Shown here: one piece after another, positions 59,846 through 64,000 of the stretch
Position numbering within the stretch: the stretch's first letter is position 1
Layout: the number at the start of each line of letters is the position of its first letter
NCBI GenBank assembly: GCA_947364715.1
Contig: CANAUI010000002.1
Coordinates: 13,124-77,123, forward strand
Length of the DNA: 64,000 bases
From: an uncultured Clostridium sp.
GTDB taxonomy: Bacteria > Bacillota > Clostridia > TANB77 > CAG-508
Direction: 5' to 3'
The notes under the pieces: model-generated
The model's database searches: none
Told to the model about the DNA's origin: nothing
Seen by the model: only the letters and a program-made list of their open reading frames with translations
Made by a program: the position numbers and the translations under genes

Positions 59846-60526
59846 ATGGGGAAATTAAAAATAATATATGAAGATAATCACATTATTGTTGTAGAAAAAA
59901 TACCAAATATTCCTTCACAATCTGACAAGACTGGAGATATGGATATGTTAACACTTGTTAAGGAATATATTAAAGAAAAATATAATAAGCCTGGAAATGT
60001 ATATTTAGGATTAGTACATAGATTAGATAGACCTGTGGGAGGATTAATGGTATTTGCCAAGACATCAAAAGGAGCTTCAAGATTAAGTAATCAAGTAAGA
60101 GAAAAGGTTTTTAAAAAAGAATATTTAGCAGTTGTTGATGGAAAGATAGAAAATACGAAAGGAACATTAATTGATTATTTATATAAAGATGAAAGAAATA
60201 ATATAAGTAAAGTAGTTAACAAAGAAAAGAAAAATGCTAAAGAAGCAAAATTAGATTATGAAGTTCTAAAATACAATGAAATAAAAGATTTATCATTAGT
60301 AAAAATTAATTTACATACAGGAAGACATCATCAAATAAGAGTACAATTATCTAATTTTGGACATAGTATATTTGGGGACCAAAAGTATGGAACTAGAGGT
60401 AAAGGAAAACAAATTGCTTTATGGGCATATAAATTAACAATTGAACATCCAATAACAAAAGAAAAGATGGAATTTAGAGATTTACCAGAAGCAATTGGAA
60501 CATGGTGTATATTAAAAGATGAATAA
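59846..60526 (+). CDS. RluA-family pseudouridine synthase
   Basis: HRLDRPVGGLMVFAKT (catalytic Asp) and TGRHHQIRVQL. The likely start is ATG 59846 (MGKLKIIYED); the track ORF starts at 59768 and overlaps the upstream gene. Confidence 0.9.
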   Translation: MGKLKIIYEDNHIIVVEKIPNIPSQSDKTGDMDMLTLVKEYIKEKYNKPGNVYLGLVHRLDRPVGGLMVFAKTSKGASRLSNQVREKVFKKEYLAVVDGKIENTKGTLIDYLYKDERNNISKVVNKEKKNAKEAKLDYEVLKYNEIKDLSLVKINLHTGRHHQIRVQLSNFGHSIFGDQKYGTRGKGKQIALWAYKLTIEHPITKEKMEFRDLPEAIGTWCILKDE

Positions 60527-60537
60527 AATGTTGAGAA

Positions 60538-60577
60538 AATATAGTTGGAAGTAAAAAACACAACTATATTTTTTTTA
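60538..60577 (+). terminator. Rho-independent terminator
   Basis: aatatagttg / caactatatt perfect 10-bp stem followed by T6+. Confidence 0.8.
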
Positions 60578-60709
60578 TATTATATATATTTTTTTTACAA
60601 AACAAATAGAAAGAAATTTTTATAAAATAAAATATGTGTTTTACAAAATAAAAATATTTAAGAATTATAAGCATGCTACAATTAAGTCATCAAAATGAGG
60701 TGAAGAAAA

Positions 60710-61327
60710 TTGATAGATACAATTTGTACATGTTTAACTAATAAAATACGAAAAGAAATGCCAGAAATAGATGATGAAAGAGCAGAAGTAATTAATTATG
60801 GATTACAAAATATAGTAGGAGAGATACCTAAAGTATTTTTAGTGTTTGTTATTGCATTTATTTTAGGAATGTTAAAAGAAGTATTATTTATGTTTATTGC
60901 ATTAACACCATATAGGGGAGCATCTGGTGGGTTTCATTTAAAAACACACTTAGGATGTATAGTAGGAACAACAACATTTTACTGTGGAATTGTATTTTTA
61001 TCACAACATATTATCTTACAAGATATAACAAAATATATTTTGATAGGAATTAGTTGGATATTTGGAATGATTATGATAAAACTTTATGCACCAGCAGATA
61101 CAGAAAATGTTCCAATATTATCTAAAAAAGATAGAAAAAGAAAACAAATAATAGCATATATTACATATTCAATTGGTCTTATTTGTGCTTTGATAATTTC
61201 AAATAATGTAATTTCTAATATTCTATTATTTGGAAATATTTTACAAACTTTAACAATAACCAAATTAGCATATAGATTAACAAAAAATAAATATGGATAT
61301 GAAGTGTATGGTGATGCTTCAGTTTAA
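60710..61327 (+). CDS. agrB: AgrB-family autoinducing-peptide processing membrane protease
   Basis: Polytopic, with ...YGLQNI... and the hallmark R.ASGGFHLKTH (R..GG.H) motif. TTG start after a GAGGTGA SD. Confidence 0.85.
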   Translation: MIDTICTCLTNKIRKEMPEIDDERAEVINYGLQNIVGEIPKVFLVFVIAFILGMLKEVLFMFIALTPYRGASGGFHLKTHLGCIVGTTTFYCGIVFLSQHIILQDITKYILIGISWIFGMIMIKLYAPADTENVPILSKKDRKRKQIIAYITYSIGLICALIISNNVISNILLFGNILQTLTITKLAYRLTKNKYGYEVYGDASV

Positions 61328-61388
61328 AAAAGTTTAAAATACATATATTAATATGTTTTTAAAAATATATAATAAGGGGGAATCTACT

Positions 61389-61508
61389 ATGTTCAAATTT
61401 TTATCTAAAATAGCAGAGAAATATGCTAAAGCAACTAATACAGCTTGTTTAGTATTATTTACATTACATCAACCAAAAATGCCAGAAAGTATGATGAAAA
61501 AGGATTAG
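61389..61508 (+). CDS. agrD: AgrD-type autoinducing peptide precursor (39 aa, missing from the ORF track)
   Basis: AAGGGGG SD upstream. My translation is MFKFLSKIAEKYAKATNTACLVLFTLHQPKMPESMMKKD. It has an amphipathic leader, a single Cys core and an HQP..PE recognition tail. It lies directly downstream of agrB. Confidence 0.75.
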   Translation: MFKFLSKIAEKYAKATNTACLVLFTLHQPKMPESMMKKD

Positions 61509-61592
61509 TAAATTGGCAAAAGTAGGACGTAATATTATTTTTGCCAAATGTTATATAACCTGAAAAGTTATATATTTGCAATCCAATATAAG

Positions 61593-61618
61593 ACAGCTTT
61601 TCTAAGCTGTTTTTTTTA
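61593..61618 (+). terminator. Rho-independent terminator after agrD
   Basis: acagctt-ttct-aagctgt followed by T8. Confidence 0.8.
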
Positions 61619-61620
61619 TA

Positions 61621-61769
61621 TATTAGGAAAGTCATACTGACTTTTCTAATATATAAAACACATTGCACACAAATTTATTTCATAAATTTGGCACACGAAC
61701 AAATTAACGGAAAGCCAAAGAAGAAATTTAAAATTAGTTAAAATATTAAGGCTTTCCGATTTGTTCTAG
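61621..61769 (+). repeat. Modular intergenic repeat, copy C5 (diverged, structure retained)
   Basis: attaggaaagtca-tac-tgacttttctaat, then cacattgcacacaaatttat-ttc-ataaatttgg, then gaacaaat..cggaaagcc..(loop)..ggctttccgatttgttc. Confidence 0.5.
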
Positions 61770-61800
61770 TATAGGAAACTGCGACATGCATGTCGTACTA

Positions 61801-61833
61801 TTAAAAAATAGATATGATGTTATTCATATCTAT
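61801..61833 (-). terminator. Rho-independent terminator after the agrC-like kinase gene
   Basis: The minus strand reads atagatatga-ataaca-tcatatctat followed by TTTTTT. Confidence 0.6.
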
Positions 61834-61842
61834 ATAATCTTA

Positions 61843-63189
61843 TTAATAATATATTTCTATTTGCTGTGAAAAGTATTTTTCACTTTTTGAAGTGTATAAA
61901 TTTAAATTCTTACTTTTGTTTAAGATTTTTCTAACTTCCCACAAACCTAATCCAGTATGATTTTCTTTTCCAGAATATCCTTTATTAAATATTTTTTCAG
62001 TATCAACATTTTTATCTTTATATGTGTTTTCTATTGTTATAAGTTGGCGATGATTTTTAGGGTCATTTCTAAAAAAGATGTTAATTGTTTTCTCATCACA
62101 TTCTTTACTGGCATCTATAGAATTATCTAAAAGAATACCTAAAACTCTAGTAAATTCATATATTTTCATATTTAACTTACTAAAATCTAGTAAAAGAGAC
62201 ATATTGATTTTTATACCTTTTTCTTCAGCTTCATAATATTTAGTAGTTAATAAACTGTATACACCAGGATTGTTGATTAATTTTGGATTTAAAATATATA
62301 AATTATTTACTTTTTGACAGTCATCTTCTAGTTGCACATAATATTTTTTCAATCCATTCATATCATTTGTCTTTACATAACCACCAATAGTTGTAACAAT
62401 ATTATCAAAATCATGTTTAAAACCTCTTACATTATCATGTAATATATTTAAGGTTTTATTATATTCTTCTGCATTTTGTAACTTTTGAGTAGTGATAGAT
62501 AATTTAATTACTCTGGTTAAACTGTATATGCTTATAAAGAAGTATGATAACAAGGTGATAAATACTAAAAATGTAACAGGCAATGGAAGAGAATCTATAC
62601 AATAGGCATTTACAATTAATTGTACAATAATAGTAAAAAATCCTAAAAATATATTCGAAATAATTATACGAGAAGTATTTTTCGGCAAATTATCTATAGC
62701 TTCTAAATGTAGCTTTCTATGTTTGAAAATTAATATTATAATAAAAATACTAATATATACTATAAATAAATGAAAAATTCGATATATTGGTACAGTTAAA
62801 ATATCAGTAGATTTTATATTAAGTATATTCATATAAGGATGAGATACTAGTGTACTTAATAAAGCAAAGACTATAGTAGGGGCAATTACTGCAATTAAAG
62901 TCTTTGTACGACTCATCGAAAATATCATATAAATAAGTATAAATAAAGCTATATAGTTAAATATCATATTAACAGGAGATGGAATAAGTAAATTAGATAT
63001 GATACTAATCAACGAAGAAACTATTACATAAATTATTTTTAGCTTTATTTTTGTTTCTATTTTAAATATAGCTAAAATTAAGTTTAAAATAAGAATATTT
63101 TCAATAAAAAATAAAGGAACAGTAAGAACTGATGTAAGAATCTCATTAGGTGTAGTAAGTGCATTCCATATATTATTCAATAATTCCAT
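61843..63189 (-). CDS. agrC: AgrC-like (HPK10 family) sensor histidine kinase
   Basis: About six N-terminal TM helices, the H-box RGFKHDFDNIVTTI, and the ATPase G-box GKENHTGLGLWEV. Confidence 0.85.
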   Translation of the reverse strand: MELLNNIWNALTTPNEILTSVLTVPLFFIENILILNLILAIFKIETKIKLKIIYVIVSSLISIISNLLIPSPVNMIFNYIALFILIYMIFSMSRTKTLIAVIAPTIVFALLSTLVSHPYMNILNIKSTDILTVPIYRIFHLFIVYISIFIIILIFKHRKLHLEAIDNLPKNTSRIIISNIFLGFFTIIVQLIVNAYCIDSLPLPVTFLVFITLLSYFFISIYSLTRVIKLSITTQKLQNAEEYNKTLNILHDNVRGFKHDFDNIVTTIGGYVKTNDMNGLKKYYVQLEDDCQKVNNLYILNPKLINNPGVYSLLTTKYYEAEEKGIKINMSLLLDFSKLNMKIYEFTRVLGILLDNSIDASKECDEKTINIFFRNDPKNHRQLITIENTYKDKNVDTEKIFNKGYSGKENHTGLGLWEVRKILNKSKNLNLYTSKSEKYFSQQIEIYY

Positions 63190-63889
63190 GATTTTTTATA
63201 ACCTCCATAAATTCTTTTTTATATTTAGGCCCAATATTACAAAATGTGTCATTATTGAAATATACAGTTAAGGCAACAGGGTCTACATTTTTAATATTAT
63301 TCAGATTAACAATATAAGATTTGTGGCATCTTATAAAATTATCAGGTAAGTTATCTTGAATTTTATTAAATGAACTATAAGATTCATAATCACGAGAAGA
63401 GGTATGAAAATTTAATTTCATACCATCTCTTTTAATATATTGAATTTGAGTTTCATCTACAAGTGTATTTTTATTATCAATTTTAATATATTTCTTTGGT
63501 AATCCATAAATATCATCGAAAAGTCTTTTGATTGTATCTTCTAATCTTTCATAAGTAATAGGTTTTGCTAGATAATCAAAAGTCTTATATTTATAAGCCA
63601 TCATTGCATATTCTAAATGACCAGTTGTAAATATTAAATAAACACTCTTATTTTTCTTTCTAATTTCTTCAGCTAAATCTAAACCAGTCTTTTGAGATTT
63701 TAAATTAATATCTAATAATAAAACATCAATTGGATTTTCATTATCAAAACAATCCAATAAATCCTCAAAATTGTTAAATTTAAAAGATACTTGAGCATCA
63801 AGATTATTTTTTGTGAATATATTTTCTAAAAGTTTTTCTAATCTATCTAAAATATTTATATTATCATCGCAAATTACAAAATTTAACAT
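63173..63889 (-). CDS. agrA: AgrA-like LytTR-family response regulator
   Basis: Receiver domain (MLNFVICDDN..., LLDINL) and a C-terminal LytTR domain (FIRCHKSYIVNLNNI). The likely start is ATG 63889 after AAGGGA (the track ORF extends to 63937). It overlaps the kinase gene by 17 nt. Confidence 0.88.
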   Translation of the reverse strand: MLNFVICDDNINILDRLEKLLENIFTKNNLDAQVSFKFNNFEDLLDCFDNENPIDVLLLDINLKSQKTGLDLAEEIRKKNKSVYLIFTTGHLEYAMMAYKYKTFDYLAKPITYERLEDTIKRLFDDIYGLPKKYIKIDNKNTLVDETQIQYIKRDGMKLNFHTSSRDYESYSSFNKIQDNLPDNFIRCHKSYIVNLNNIKNVDPVALTVYFNNDTFCNIGPKYKKEFMEVIKNHGIIE

Positions 63890-64000
63890 ATGTATTATCC
63901 CTTCTTTATTTGATAAAATAGTAAGTTTCGACAACAAAAAAACAATTACCTTATTTTTCCAGTAACAACAACAATATATGATAAAAAAATCATCTTGTCA

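Noticed and set aside
29197-61769. Interpretation of the modular repeat as integron attC sites. The appeal was that structure is conserved over sequence, copies share one orientation, and they bracket genes.
   Set aside because: The terminal sequences (..GAACAAAG / CTTTTGTTC TAT) do not fit the RYYYAAC / GTTRRRY core sites. No IntI-type integrase or attI is visible. The bracketed segments include multi-gene stretches and a minus-strand gene (htrA).
1-64000. Search for tRNA, rRNA, CRISPR arrays, reverse transcriptases (retron/DGR), restriction-modification or other classic defence genes.
   Set aside because: I saw no cloverleaf-like GC-rich 75-90 nt segments, no rRNA-like regions and no repeat-spacer arrays. 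No ORF carries RT (YxDD), Cas, or methylase-plus-nuclease signatures. The only structured RNA identified with confidence is the glmS ribozyme.

Overview
This is a chromosomal segment from a very AT-rich Firmicutes/Clostridia-like organism, well under 30% GC by eye. It is probably a spore-former, since yaaL-like and bofA genes are present. Almost all genes sit on the + strand.

Housekeeping genes I recognise from motifs:
- rpoB, rpoC, gdpP-rplI-dnaB, tilS, ftsH, rpsU, htrA, rnhB, pdp, cdaA and truA
- glmS with its glmS ribozyme leader
- hpt, uvrC, an rRNA-type SAM methyltransferase and an RluA-family pseudouridine synthase

Accessory or unusual content between them:
1. A RAYT-type (IS200-like Y1) transposase gene is flanked by GC-rich REP-like palindromes. 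One of them is inserted in-frame and codon-aligned inside tilS.
2. A modular, hairpin-rich intergenic repeat family has five same-orientation copies in 64 kb. Compensatory changes in its stems suggest selection on structure.
3. A 202-bp nested inverted repeat (MITE-like or switch-like) lies directly upstream of a 3257-aa surface-protein gene. A half copy lies elsewhere in the window.
4. Three proteins (3257, 177 and 545 aa) share a prepilin/pseudopilin-like leader that lacks the canonical Glu+5. The 545-aa one is divergently paired with an orphan multi-TM VirD4/TraG-like coupling-protein ATPase.
5. Two short GC-rich islands packed with perfect hairpins each carry a near-consensus promoter and a small SD-preceded ORF. 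Protein versus RNA is ambiguous.
6. An agr-type quorum-sensing locus includes a 39-aa agrD that is missing from the ORF track. agrBD is convergent with a LytTR regulator/HPK10 kinase pair.
7. Other oddities: a membrane-anchored Cys/Asn-rich protein next to a putative heavy-metal exporter, a wall-anchored papain-like protease, a 1048-aa orphan bracketed by repeats, and a truncated ProA-like protein.

I saw no rRNA, tRNA or CRISPR array. All family assignments come from motif recognition by eye. No database search was run.
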